DNA from: a virus
Virus record (IMG/VR): IMGVR_UViG_3300050122_000130
Coordinates: 31,489-95,488 of that record
DNA length: 64,000 bases
Strand: one strand, 5' to 3'
Shown: positions 48,854 through 59,469 of the stretch, one piece after another
Numbering within the stretch: position 1 is the first letter of the stretch
Layout: each line of letters starts with the position of its first letter
Notes under the pieces: generated by a model
The model's database searches: none
What the model was told of the DNA's origin: nothing
Seen by the model: the letters and a program-made list of their open reading frames with translations, nothing else
Position numbers and translations under genes: made by a program

Positions 48854-49546
48854 ATGGAGGAAGACTTGCTGGATTTCCTTGAGCGATATGATCATTGCAT
48901 TATCCCTGAGCCCAATACCGGATGTCACATCTGGTTCGGCGCGCAGATCACTGCCGGCTACGGCCATGGCAACCGTGACGGAGAACATTTTTACGCACAT
49001 CGAGCCGCATTCGAATGCGAGCACGGCATCGGCTCCCTCAACGGGCTTATCTGCCGCCATTCATGCGACTTTCCGCCTTGCTGTAATACTTCTCATCTTC
49101 TCGCCGGAAGTGTTGTCGATAATTACGAAGATGCTCGGCGACGAGGACTTTTAAGGATTGCAAGAGGAGAAGGTTCTGCTAGAGCAATTTTGTTAGAATC
49201 TGACGTTCTTACGATCAGGTCCATGGCTCTCGACAGGATGACAATCGAAGAAATTACTGGGCTATATCCGGTCAAGCGTGGCGCGATCATTGCAATCCTT
49301 TCCGGTAAATCCTGGACCCATCTTGGGCCGCCTGTCGATTACGTCCGTGTGAAAGGCGATCCGCCGCACGATAAAGGCGAGGACTCTCCACGGGCCATTC
49401 TTACAGAACAACAAGTTCTGGATATCAGAGCGAGACTGGCTGCCGGCGCGCGCGGGATCGACCTAGCTGATAAGTTTGACGTACATCCTGCCACCATTTC
49501 TGCAATCAAACATCGCCGATTATGGGCGCACTTAACGGAGAAATGA
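48854..49546 (+). CDS. HNH homing endonuclease with C-terminal HTH repeats
   Basis: GC..W.G, AHR, RHSCD.P.C.N..HL..G...N; two GE....A.LTE..V..IR repeats. Confidence 0.88.
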   Translation: MEEDLLDFLERYDHCIIPEPNTGCHIWFGAQITAGYGHGNRDGEHFYAHRAAFECEHGIGSLNGLICRHSCDFPPCCNTSHLLAGSVVDNYEDARRRGLLRIARGEGSARAILLESDVLTIRSMALDRMTIEEITGLYPVKRGAIIAILSGKSWTHLGPPVDYVRVKGDPPHDKGEDSPRAILTEQQVLDIRARLAAGARGIDLADKFDVHPATISAIKHRRLWAHLTEK

Positions 49547-49549
49547 GCC

Positions 49550-50581
49550 ATGTCAACGACAACCAAATCAACAATCGATGCTGTTCCAAATGACGGTATC
49601 TATATTGGTCTTTCGAATTCCATTTATCATGCCTCCAGCGCTCTCGGCTCCAGCAACATCCGAGACCTGCTCAAGGGCGCCAATCTGTTCTGGCACAAGT
49701 CGGCCATGAATCCGAAGCGGCCGAAGAACAAGCTGACGCCGTCGAAGATCGTCGGCAACGCTACTCACCGGTTGTTGCTCGATGGTCCCGAACTGTTCAA
49801 GGCAGAGTATGTGCGCGGTCCCTATGGGCCCGATGATGAAGATCTGTCACCGGGCGATAAGTCAGCGCTGACAAAAAAGGCAAAAGCAGAACTGACGGAA
49901 GGTCAGGAATTGCTCAGCCAGGAGGATTACGATTTCGTCGTCGGTTGCAAGCAGGTGCTGGACGCCGATCCTGATCTGCAGGGTTGTCTGGACAATGGCT
50001 TATCTGAAGTCTCGATCTTCTGGACGCGCAAGGACGGCGTGCGCTGCAAGGCGCGGCACGACAAGCTGAAGATCAAGGGCATCGGCGATATCAAAACGAT
50101 CGCCAATGAAAAGGAGCGGCCGATCGATCAAGCATGCCTGCTCGATATCTCGACGTACCGCTATGACATTCCGGCCGAGCACTACATGGAAGGGCGCCGG
50201 CAGATGGGCCCACTGCTGTCCGCAGGCAAGGTCTTCCTTGGCGATGGGCTGGATCAGATCCCGACCAAGCAGGAAGACCGCGGGGCAAACGACGAGGCCG
50301 TGATCGCCTTTCTCGAGCAATGCGTGGCCGTGAAGGCCTTCGCCTTCCAACTGGTGTTCATCCCGAAGAAAGGCGCTCCGGACGCTTGGTCGACAGTGCT
50401 ATCGCCCGGCAATCCGATTCTTGAGAACGCGCGCGCCGACATCGAGATCGCGATCGCGGTCTACACGTCGGCCAAGGAAAAGTACGGCACGAAGCGCTGG
50501 CTTCCAGGTCACGCGGTCGAGGAGCTCGACATCGGCATGCTGCCGTTTGGGTTCGGTCGCACGTCGGCGGGCCGACGCTGA
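49550..50581 (+). CDS. RecE/exonuclease VIII-like PD-(D/E)XK nuclease (DUF3799-like)
   Basis: YHA...LGSS, G.A.H.LLL, EVSIFW, CKARHD...IGDIKT. Confidence 0.8.
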   Translation: MSTTTKSTIDAVPNDGIYIGLSNSIYHASSALGSSNIRDLLKGANLFWHKSAMNPKRPKNKLTPSKIVGNATHRLLLDGPELFKAEYVRGPYGPDDEDLSPGDKSALTKKAKAELTEGQELLSQEDYDFVVGCKQVLDADPDLQGCLDNGLSEVSIFWTRKDGVRCKARHDKLKIKGIGDIKTIANEKERPIDQACLLDISTYRYDIPAEHYMEGRRQMGPLLSAGKVFLGDGLDQIPTKQEDRGANDEAVIAFLEQCVAVKAFAFQLVFIPKKGAPDAWSTVLSPGNPILENARADIEIAIAVYTSAKEKYGTKRWLPGHAVEELDIGMLPFGFGRTSAGRR

Positions 50582-51108
50582 TGAAGCTTGCGTCTCTACG
50601 CAGGAAATTGATCTGGCGAGTCGAACGCGACCCGGACCACCCGCACCTGATCCGGCTATTCGATATCTTCGGCCGGCAGATTATGTGCTTCGACGCGCAG
50701 CGTCACGGCGGGACGTACGGCGGCGACGGCAATCATTGGGAAGACGGCGACCAAGTGTGGAGCAAGCCATGACCGGTCCCCAAGGCCCACTGCTCAAGAA
50801 CGACGGGCCGGCGTGCCGCTGCTGCGGCTGCACCGAGAACAACGCCTGTATTTCACATGGTATGGGCCCAACTCATTATCGCTCCAAAGTCATTGTCCCG
50901 CGGACCTATGCTTGTTCCTGGGTGAAGGTCGAGGGCGCTACGCCGCCCCTGTGCTCGGCCTGCAGCGGTACCGAGGCGGATATGGCTGAGGCAATCGCCC
51001 GCGGGTGCCGGATGTTGACCCTGCATTCCACGTCCGGAATTGGCATGGCGGTAAAGATCGGGAAGGCTGCTTTGGCCCGGCGTAGGCGCCGACAGGCCGA
51101 AAATAGGA

Positions 51109-51147
51109 CTTGATTGCCGGACCAAATCACTATACCAAGGGTTTAGT
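51109..51147 (+). promoter_or_regulatory. Promoter/operator copy
   Basis: CTTGATT...ACTATAC-CAAGG-GTTTAGT; 51123-51138 is the exact reverse complement of 38032-38047. Confidence 0.6.
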
Positions 51148-51170
51148 TAAACAGCCAGCGGAGGAAGACG

Positions 51171-51635
51171 ATGGCTTGGATATGTTTGAATGACGCGTTT
51201 CTCTCATTTGTGAGTAAGGACTGCAAACCGTCTGAGCTCCTGGTTCGGGCCCGGCGCCCCGGCGATATCGAGCGGATTTTCCCCAAGGCCAAGGTCACCG
51301 AGTACGACAAGTCAGATTATCAGTTTCGTGCGACTGTGACCCGCGACGCCGTCAAGGAAGCGCTCGCCGGCGAGGTCGACCGCATCGTCTACAACAACTT
51401 CAAGAACAGCGTGCGCGATCACGACCTGCACAGCGCCTACAATCAGGTGTGGGGCGTTATGGCGAAGCTGCAGCCCAAGGCACCCTATAGCGGCTACAAT
51501 CGCACCAAGGGCGCGCTGAAAGGCTTTGACGACCTGTTCTTCGACGACTTCGGAGCTCAGGCTCTCCCGGCGCCGAAGAAGAAACAGGACGCTCAAGTCA
51601 AGAAGAACCTGCGCAAGCTGACGAGGGGGCAGTGA
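51171..51635 (+). CDS. Conserved hypothetical phage protein
   Basis: W.....F.S.V, LLVRAR, DY.FRA, I.Y.NFK; GGAGG RBS. Confidence 0.65.
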   Translation: MAWICLNDAFLSFVSKDCKPSELLVRARRPGDIERIFPKAKVTEYDKSDYQFRATVTRDAVKEALAGEVDRIVYNNFKNSVRDHDLHSAYNQVWGVMAKLQPKAPYSGYNRTKGALKGFDDLFFDDFGAQALPAPKKKQDAQVKKNLRKLTRGQ

Positions 51636-52214
51636 TGGACAACATTCTCGGATATTACGTTTTTGATCCGTCACGCGGCTGGTTGCAGGATGACGAAAAA
51701 ACTTGGTCTTTCGATTTCCATGGAGCGGCCGCACTCACCAGCGCCGAACTAGCAAATGGAGTTGGTGAACGCGAGACGCCACATGCTGATACTTTCTACG
51801 TGTTGGCTTGTCTCGGGAGCATGAGCTAATCCGATGGATCACGTCTGGCACCCAAGTCCGGTCAGCACGAAATACATCTTGTTGCAGGGGTTCACGTCCG
51901 CCATGGTGCGGACGGAGCCCCTGCCGGGCGGTTTGTATCTTTGGCAGTTTCGCAAGGTCGTCGGCTACACTGCGACGATCGAGGAGGCTAAGGAATTCGT
52001 CGAGGCTGGCGCTGAGTTTTTCGAGACGTTCCGGAGGAATCCGTATGCCGGATGATATGCGTTTCGAGATTGCAAGAATCGTCGGCAACGTGCTGATGGA
52101 CCGCTTCGCCGTCCCTATCGTGATATCTCAAACGACCAGCGGATGCGCTCTCGTTACAGTTACCATCGGCGACAACACTTTCAATCTAACCATCACCCGC
52201 GCAAGGAAGAAATC

Positions 52215-53759
52215 ATGAGCAACGACCTTCATCCCAATCATCCAGACTATATTCGGCACGATCAACAGACCGGAGAAGTCGACGAGGAGGTGCTGGTCGA
52301 GGTTATGGATCCGATCAGCATCGGCGCCGTGGCAACGCTTCAGCGCGTCGAGATCGACCAGCAGGTAACGACAGCGAAGGCCTATCCTCGCAACGTCACC
52401 ATGATCAAGAAAGAACTGACCGCACTCGTCACGATGGACGAGGACACCGCGGACGATTGCATTTATGCGCTGCCACGAGGCCAGAAGCACATCAAGGGGC
52501 CGAGCGCGCGCTTCGCTGACGCTCTGATCTCGTTCTGGGGCAATGCTCGATCCGGCGCCTTCATCACACAGGTGAACCGCGAGGAGAAGTTCGTCGAGGC
52601 CATTGGCTCGTTCCAGGACGTCGAGCGTAACGTCATCCGTCAGCGCCGTGTGCGCCGGCCGATCGCCGGCCGGGATGGTCGCGTCTACAACAATGACATG
52701 ATCAACATGACCGGCAACGCCGCGTGCGTCATCGCTGAACGCAACGCGATTCTGAACGGCATTCCTAAGTCGCTCTGGAGCGGCGCCTATGAGCAGGCCT
52801 TCGCGCTGGTCGCCGGCACGACAAAGACGCTCGGAGAGAAGCTGGAGCGCGCCGAGAAGGCATTCGCCCTGATGGGTATCAACATGGACCAGGTCCTCGA
52901 AAAGCTGGGTCACAAGGATATCAGCAAGGTGGTTCCGGACGATATCGTCACCATGCGCGGCATGCTGACCGCACTGAAGACCGGCGAGGAGACCGTTGAA
53001 ACGATCTTCGGTCGCGGCGCCGGCCACCAGCATGAGACGGTATCAAATCCGCTCAAAGACGACCCAAAACCTGCCAATGTGGAATCGGGGGGTAAAACCG
53101 CTGCAGCACAAGCCCAACAGGCCCAACAGACCCCCAAAAATGGGGTTGTGGAATCGCGGGGTAAAAAGGACGACCCGATCAGCTCCGGTCCGGTGCGCAG
53201 CACCGCCGCTGCAATCGCTCAGGCAGCGACCGTCATCGACAAGGACGGTATCGTGGTCAAGAGCCTGCACGGCGAGCTCGACACGCCGATCGTCGACCAG
53301 CGGCTCCCCGCCGGCAAGCAGGCCTTCGACAATATCGATGCGTGGGTTGCCGCGACCGAAGGCCTGCCGGAACCCGAGTTCCGTGATGAACCTGCCGAAA
53401 GGTCCGAAACGGCCTCATCTCAGGACGAAAATATTAAACAGGCTGATAAAGCCTCAACTGGCGCCGCTGGCGCGGCTTCTGGCGCCAAGGGCACAGAGAC
53501 ACCGGCCAAGGAAACAAACGCACAGGCGGCCGCTACAAAGCCGGCTACAGGCGACCAAAAGCCTTACGACGATGCCGAGAGCTACATGACCTTCGTCCGG
53601 GACGGCCTCGATAAGGCCAGGGTCAAAGGTACCGTGACGGAACTTTGGGGAAGCACCCGGGCCGACCGGAACAACCTGCTCTCTCCCGAGCAGATCGACG
53701 CTCTGACCACGGACAAGGAAAATGCGCTGAAGCGCATCAAGGCGGCGGAGGCGAAATAG
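52215..53759 (+). CDS. Putative ssDNA-annealing/recombination protein with long disordered C-terminus
   Basis: EID.Q..TAK.YPR, Y.LPRG...I.GPS.R.A...WGN; same operon as the RecE-like gene. Confidence 0.55.
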   Translation: MSNDLHPNHPDYIRHDQQTGEVDEEVLVEVMDPISIGAVATLQRVEIDQQVTTAKAYPRNVTMIKKELTALVTMDEDTADDCIYALPRGQKHIKGPSARFADALISFWGNARSGAFITQVNREEKFVEAIGSFQDVERNVIRQRRVRRPIAGRDGRVYNNDMINMTGNAACVIAERNAILNGIPKSLWSGAYEQAFALVAGTTKTLGEKLERAEKAFALMGINMDQVLEKLGHKDISKVVPDDIVTMRGMLTALKTGEETVETIFGRGAGHQHETVSNPLKDDPKPANVESGGKTAAAQAQQAQQTPKNGVVESRGKKDDPISSGPVRSTAAAIAQAATVIDKDGIVVKSLHGELDTPIVDQRLPAGKQAFDNIDAWVAATEGLPEPEFRDEPAERSETASSQDENIKQADKASTGAAGAASGAKGTETPAKETNAQAAATKPATGDQKPYDDAESYMTFVRDGLDKARVKGTVTELWGSTRADRNNLLSPEQIDALTTDKENALKRIKAAEAK

Positions 53760-54364
53760 GCCATGGATTACATCCTCAATCTCATTGCCCCCAAAGAAGT
53801 CACCCACGAGGATCTCGGCAAGCTTGGCGGCGATCCTCATTTCCGCCCGCCGGCGCCGGACCGGGCGCAGCAGATCCTGCAGGGTCAGAGGCTGACGGCG
53901 AAGCACAGCGCGCTTTATCGATGGTGGTATTGGGAATGATTTCGCACTGCGACCCAGAGAGCTCAACCGAACGCCAAGAGCGCATCCAGGCGCGCGGTGG
54001 CGAGTATCGCGCGGGGCTGATGTCCGAAGAGCTCTTTCGAGCGTATCTGTTTTCGATGCGCGTTCGCGGTGAAGACATTGAGCACGAGCTCGGCGCCTAT
54101 GCGCCGCCACAGCGCGCGCAGTCTTTCGAAGAACGTCGACTCGAAGCGAGTCACCAATGGCTGAAGGAATATATCGGTGCCACCGTTCGTCGATGACGTG
54201 AAGACTTGTTTCCGGAATCACAACCGGTTTGTCGAAGTGCTCGGCAAGATCGCGCGTGGTCGCGAGGATAACGGTCGACCACTTGCGGCGGAGACCGCGC
54301 GCCAACTCGCGCGCGATGTCATGGTCGAGTGCGAAGTACATTGGCCACAAAAAGGAAGCGCCAA

Positions 54365-55636
54365 GTGAGCGACGAAGTAAAAAACTGGTCCCCGCAGCAG
54401 CACGAAGCCCTCGTGGCCGTACGCAAGTGGATCGACGGGGAAAACCAGCCGCAGATCTTCCGCCTGTTCGGTTATGCCGGCACAGGGAAGACCACGCTAG
54501 CGATCGAGATCGCCGAAATGGTTAGCGGGACCGTGCTGTTCGGTTCGTTCACCGGGAAGGCTGCGCTTGTCATGCGCAAGAAAGGCTGTTTCGGCGCGCA
54601 GACGCTGCACTCGATGATCTACAAGCCGCGCCGCAAATATCGAACTCCGGAAGAAGAGGCCAAGGCGAAAGAAGCCGCGGCTTTGGGGCGAGCACCTGAA
54701 GAGATTCCGATGTGGGAATTGAACCCTGACAGCGCACTCAGGGGGGCTGAACTTCTTATCATCGACGAATGCTCTATGGTGGACGAGAAGCTCGGCTCAG
54801 ACGTCCTGTCTTTCAAAAAGCCAGTGCTGGTGCTCGGCGACCCTGCACAGCTTCCGCCTGTCGGCGGTGCCGGTTTCTTTACCGAAGCCAAGCCAGACGT
54901 GATGTTGACCGAGATCCATCGGCAGGCCGCCGATAATCCGATCGTCCGGATTGCGACCGCAGTCCGCCTTGGCGAAATGCTGAAGGCTGGAATTCACCGT
55001 GGCACACAGCCAGGACACGGCGTCGCAATCATGCCGCGCGCGTCGCTGAAGCTTTCCAGCGAGCTCGCCGCGGATCAGATCCTATGCGGCAAGAACGACA
55101 GCCGCGTCACGATCAACCGCAGGATCCGCGAAGAGCTACGCGCGCAGGGCAAGTTGCCGAGCGAATCCAATGTCGATATCGCGCACCTTCCTGTCATCGG
55201 CGATCGTGTGATCTGTCTCAAGAACAAGCGCGATCGTGCGCTGCTCAACGGAGGCATGTGGACGGTCAGCGAGATCCGCGATCGCGCTTTCGACGCCAGG
55301 AAAAAAGGCCGTCCGGACGTGAGCTATCTCGAGGTGAAGTCGGCCGATTATAACGATGCCGCCACCTATGTGAATGTGCCGCACGCTTACTGGTTCTGGA
55401 ACGGAAAGATTGCTGACCTGAATCTTCCGGAGAAGATGTCGCGCAGCGGCTACGATGAATTCGATTATGCGTATGCGATCACCTGCCACAAATCGCAGGG
55501 CTCGCAATGGGACAAGGTTGTCGTCATGGACGAAAGCCAGGTCTTCAACCGCGGCGAGGAGTCAGAGGATATTCCGCGGCGCTGGCTTTATACGGCTATC
55601 ACGCGCGCGGCTGAATCACTCATCATTGCGGTCTGA
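54365..55636 (+). CDS. RecD/Dda-like SF1B DNA helicase
   Basis: GYAGTGKT, IIDECSMV, GDPAQLPPV, HRQ, YAITCHKSQGS, LYTAITRA. Confidence 0.92.
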   Translation: MSDEVKNWSPQQHEALVAVRKWIDGENQPQIFRLFGYAGTGKTTLAIEIAEMVSGTVLFGSFTGKAALVMRKKGCFGAQTLHSMIYKPRRKYRTPEEEAKAKEAAALGRAPEEIPMWELNPDSALRGAELLIIDECSMVDEKLGSDVLSFKKPVLVLGDPAQLPPVGGAGFFTEAKPDVMLTEIHRQAADNPIVRIATAVRLGEMLKAGIHRGTQPGHGVAIMPRASLKLSSELAADQILCGKNDSRVTINRRIREELRAQGKLPSESNVDIAHLPVIGDRVICLKNKRDRALLNGGMWTVSEIRDRAFDARKKGRPDVSYLEVKSADYNDAATYVNVPHAYWFWNGKIADLNLPEKMSRSGYDEFDYAYAITCHKSQGSQWDKVVVMDESQVFNRGEESEDIPRRWLYTAITRAAESLIIAV

Positions 55637-56028
55637 GAAATGACACCATTCTTGGATCTGTTTTTTAGAATAATTGCGCTGAGTATTCTTTTTGAGCGCG
55701 TCGATACCGTGGCTGCAGTCGCTATCTGCTATCTTTTATTCGATGTCTACACCCGAAGAAACGAACTGTGATCCAAGATGCACTTCAGACAAAGCCACAA
55801 GAAATACTTCGCAGGCCGCGTGCTAGACGGTCCGCACGAGGGTGACTGGATCGAAGAGGACGAGCCATTTTTCGAAGCCTATTGGCAACGACAGTTGTGC
55901 CCGGTGCCGATAGCTCTGTCTCTCGATATTCCGAACGCCGGTTTCGAAATAGATCGCGCCTATTACAGGTGGCTGCACGGATATCGCGCGTGGGCCTGGG
56001 TGCAGCCGCCGCTACAGAGGAAGTTCTG

Positions 56029-56823
56029 ATGGCTGAGGAAACCAATATTTCGTGGGCTGACTCGACTTTTAACGCGGCGATTGGCTGCATGAAAGTATCC
56101 GCTGGCTGCGACAATTGTTACGCCGAAACGCTGATGGACACGCGCTATCATCGCGCGCAATGGGGACAGCGCAAGACAGATACCACCGCGCCCAGCGTCG
56201 GCACCCGCGTGCGCACGTCGGCCGCCTACTGGCGGCAGCCGCTCACCTGGAATAAGCACCACGCCGCATTTCAAGCAAAGCACGGTCACCGCCAGCGCGT
56301 GTTCTGCGCATCGCTATCTGACGTATTTGACAATCAATGGGACGTGCAATGGCGGTATGATCTTTGGAAACTGATCTGGGAAACGCCTCACCTCGATTGG
56401 CTTCTCCTGACAAAGCGTCCAGAGAATATCGAAGGCATGCTTCCCGATAGATGGACCGATAATGTCGGCCGTCCATCATGGCCAAATGTTTGGCTTGGGA
56501 TCACTGCTGAAGATCAAAAAAACTACAACAAGCGATGGAATATTCTGCAGCGGATTCCCGCTGTAGTTCGCTTCGTAAGTTACGAGCCTGCGATCGGTCC
56601 TCTCGACGAATTAGGGTGGGGCGTACATCCTGACTGGCTGATTTGCGGCGGAGAAAGCGGGGTCGATTACAGACCTATGAATATAGCTTGGGCTGACCAG
56701 ATAAAACTTGTCTGCACGACTTATAGCGTCCCGTTCTTCATGAAGCAGGTATCAGGGGTCAAGCCGCGCGAGGATCAGATTCCGCCGCGCCTGATGCTTC
56801 GACAATTTCCGAGGGCTGCATGA
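56029..56823 (+). CDS. DUF5131 (phage Gp37/Gp68) radical-SAM-like protein
   Basis: I.W.D.TFN...GC.KVS.GCDNCYA, VFC.S.SD.F, LLTKRP, W.I.GGESG, FFMKQ. Confidence 0.9.
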   Translation: MAEETNISWADSTFNAAIGCMKVSAGCDNCYAETLMDTRYHRAQWGQRKTDTTAPSVGTRVRTSAAYWRQPLTWNKHHAAFQAKHGHRQRVFCASLSDVFDNQWDVQWRYDLWKLIWETPHLDWLLLTKRPENIEGMLPDRWTDNVGRPSWPNVWLGITAEDQKNYNKRWNILQRIPAVVRFVSYEPAIGPLDELGWGVHPDWLICGGESGVDYRPMNIAWADQIKLVCTTYSVPFFMKQVSGVKPREDQIPPRLMLRQFPRAA

Positions 56824-57551
56824 CCTATCGCGTGATCGACGTCGAGACTACGGGCCTGCCTTCCGACAACAGGGACGGCGAGCCCACCGGCATGATGGAG
56901 ATCGCCTGGAGCGATTTGACGATCGAGGGCGTCATCAAGCCTCCGGTCTCGATGCTGGTCGATTCCGGAATTCCGGTGTCGATCGGTGCCAGAGCAGTGC
57001 ACCATATCAGCGACGAGATGGTCGCCGGCGAAGTCAACCCTAGCGAAGCTTGCGGTCTCGCTGCTCAAGGCGAACATATCTTCGTCTGCGCCCACAATGT
57101 CGACCATGAAAAAAATTACGTTGGGCCCGGCGTCGCACCCGGCACCGACATCGAGCGCAAGTGGCTGTGCAGCTATAAAGCCGCGTTGCGTCTTTGGCCG
57201 GAAGCGCCTGGACACAAGCTTCAAGAGCTTCGCTACTTCCTGAAGATCGACGACGCCGAGGACTTTGATCCGAAGCTTGCTATGCCGCCGCACCGAGCCG
57301 GCGCCGACTCCTACGTCTGCGCGCATGTGCTTCGAAAGGTACTTGCTGAAGCTAAGGCTCAAAATATAGATCATGATCGATTGATTAAATGGTCCACCGG
57401 GCCAGCGCTACTCTATATTTGTTTTTTGAAAAAGTACAAAGGGACGCCGTGGAAAGATGTCGATAAAGGATATCTTGATTGGATTGTGAACAAGAGCGAC
57501 ATCAGCGATCGCGACATCCGCGCGACCGCAAAATATTACCTCACCCGCTGA
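56820..57551 (+). CDS. DEDDh 3'-5' exonuclease (ExoX-like)
   Basis: IDVETTG, AHN, HRA..D, KYKG..W...YL.W. Confidence 0.88.
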   Translation: MTYRVIDVETTGLPSDNRDGEPTGMMEIAWSDLTIEGVIKPPVSMLVDSGIPVSIGARAVHHISDEMVAGEVNPSEACGLAAQGEHIFVCAHNVDHEKNYVGPGVAPGTDIERKWLCSYKAALRLWPEAPGHKLQELRYFLKIDDAEDFDPKLAMPPHRAGADSYVCAHVLRKVLAEAKAQNIDHDRLIKWSTGPALLYICFLKKYKGTPWKDVDKGYLDWIVNKSDISDRDIRATAKYYLTR

Positions 57552-57562
57552 AAGGAAACGCT

Positions 57563-59314
57563 GTGCTGAAAAAAGCTAAGATGACTACTGTCGAAATGGT
57601 GCCGATCTATCAATTGTTTTTTGCTGCCGATGCGCCGAAAGAACTCGGCCTTCAGGTCCGCAAGGGCAGCGACGAGGAAGGCCTGCCGACGCTGGAGGCG
57701 TCGATCCGCGCGCACGGCGTTATCGTGCCTCTGGTCGTCAAGAAGCACAAAGGGAAGTCCTACGTGACCGCCGGCAACCGCCGTCTCAAGCTGCTGCGCA
57801 AGATCCACGGCGATCTCGATGTCGAGGTGCCTGTTGTTGATTCGGATGCGTACCCTGGTGACCCGCGGGAGATCGCGATGGCGACGAACGTCGCACTGCC
57901 GCCGCACCCGATCGACCGATACGAGATCATCGCCGCGCTTGTCGGGGAAGGAATGTCTCCGGAGGACGCCAAGATCAGGTTCGGGCTAAGCGATCGCCAG
58001 TACAATCAGATCATGAAGCTTGGCACTCTGGCGCCTTCGCTACGCGACAAATGGCGCGATGGCGAGATCGACGGCGCCGTCGCACAGGCATTGACGATGT
58101 CGGATAATCCGGCTGAGCAAGAGAAGGTCTACGCAACGGCCAAGAAGGGCGCGTATGAGGGGCGCGTTGACGCCCGCAACATCAAAAGCCGCCTGGTCCC
58201 TGACAGTCAACGCGAGCTCGGTAAGCTCGTCGAATTCATCGGCGTCGATGAAATCGAAAAGGCTGGTCTGATTAAACAGAGGGATTGGTTCGCGGCTAGC
58301 CACGTTGTCACCGACCCGAAGGCTGTCAAGAAAATGGTGGTCGAAAGGCTATCCGCAATCGCAGCCGAACTCATGAATAAACAGGGCTGGTCCTGGGCCG
58401 TCGGTATCGACGAGATCGATCGCGCTGCGATCTACAGCTACGGCCATGCGCAGCCTGATAAAAAGGGTAACTACAGCGACGAACAAAAGAAGAAGTCAGG
58501 CTGTATCCTCGACATCGGATACGACGGCAAACTCAAGATCGATTACGGTCGCGTCAAACCAAGCGAACGCAAAAAGGTCGAGGGCGCCGACCGTCGCGCC
58601 GCTGCGCCCAAGAAAAAGGCCAAGGCGAAGGATGGCGATGTTGTCCTGACAAACGCTCTCGCACAGCGCCTGTCCGAGCAGCTGCAGCGCGCCGGCGCCG
58701 AGGCCCTGAAGGCGGACCACGCTGTTGCAACATCTGCCGTGATCGCCGCTATCTCGAGCGGTGGCCATATCCTGGATATCCACGTCGGTGGACCCGGTCG
58801 CGAGCGCAAGGCATCAGCCTTCGCGGACGTATTCATTGGCGCACTGAAGGCCACGCCAGAGGCGCGGGAAGCCATGCTGGCGCAGATCGCAGCTCAGGCG
58901 CTATCGATCGTGGTATTCAATGGTGCTGGCAAGATGCCACTCGAGGACGAGGCTCTGCAGGACATGTTCGAAGCCATGAACGGGACTCGAGTCACGGACG
59001 CGATCATGCGGGAGTTTGACGCGAAGGACTATTTCTCGTCCGTCGGCATGGGTGCAATCGTCGACGCCGTGCGGTGTTCAATGGGCGGCGATCACCACAC
59101 CAAGGTCGGTAAGATGAAGAAGCCGGACGCGGCGAAGTTTGCGGCCGCCAACGTGCCAAAGACCGGCTATCTACCGAAGCAGCTTCGAACGGAATGGTAC
59201 ACGGGCCCGGTCGAATTAACGACCGAATCAGAGTTGACAAAGCTTGCCAAAAAGGGAGCGGTAAAGAAGACCGCAAAAAAGAAAACTGCGAAGAAAAAGA
59301 AAGCCAAACGTTAA
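57563..59314 (+). CDS. ParB/Spo0J-family protein
   Basis: LEASI...GVI.PL.V, AGNRR, HP.D.YE, downstream HTH. Confidence 0.8.
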   Translation: MLKKAKMTTVEMVPIYQLFFAADAPKELGLQVRKGSDEEGLPTLEASIRAHGVIVPLVVKKHKGKSYVTAGNRRLKLLRKIHGDLDVEVPVVDSDAYPGDPREIAMATNVALPPHPIDRYEIIAALVGEGMSPEDAKIRFGLSDRQYNQIMKLGTLAPSLRDKWRDGEIDGAVAQALTMSDNPAEQEKVYATAKKGAYEGRVDARNIKSRLVPDSQRELGKLVEFIGVDEIEKAGLIKQRDWFAASHVVTDPKAVKKMVVERLSAIAAELMNKQGWSWAVGIDEIDRAAIYSYGHAQPDKKGNYSDEQKKKSGCILDIGYDGKLKIDYGRVKPSERKKVEGADRRAAAPKKKAKAKDGDVVLTNALAQRLSEQLQRAGAEALKADHAVATSAVIAAISSGGHILDIHVGGPGRERKASAFADVFIGALKATPEAREAMLAQIAAQALSIVVFNGAGKMPLEDEALQDMFEAMNGTRVTDAIMREFDAKDYFSSVGMGAIVDAVRCSMGGDHHTKVGKMKKPDAAKFAAANVPKTGYLPKQLRTEWYTGPVELTTESELTKLAKKGAVKKTAKKKTAKKKKAKR

Positions 59315-59469
59315 TGGACACTGATGAAATTGGTCTTATCGCTTTGGTTATTGCCTGCCTGATCGTTTTTATTGTCGTAAAAGTCTAGCAACGCAGACAA
59401 CGCAGGTGACATTCTCGGGGCGGCGTGATATCGCCGCCCTTCACATCCTGACAGGAGGAAGACTGTCAA

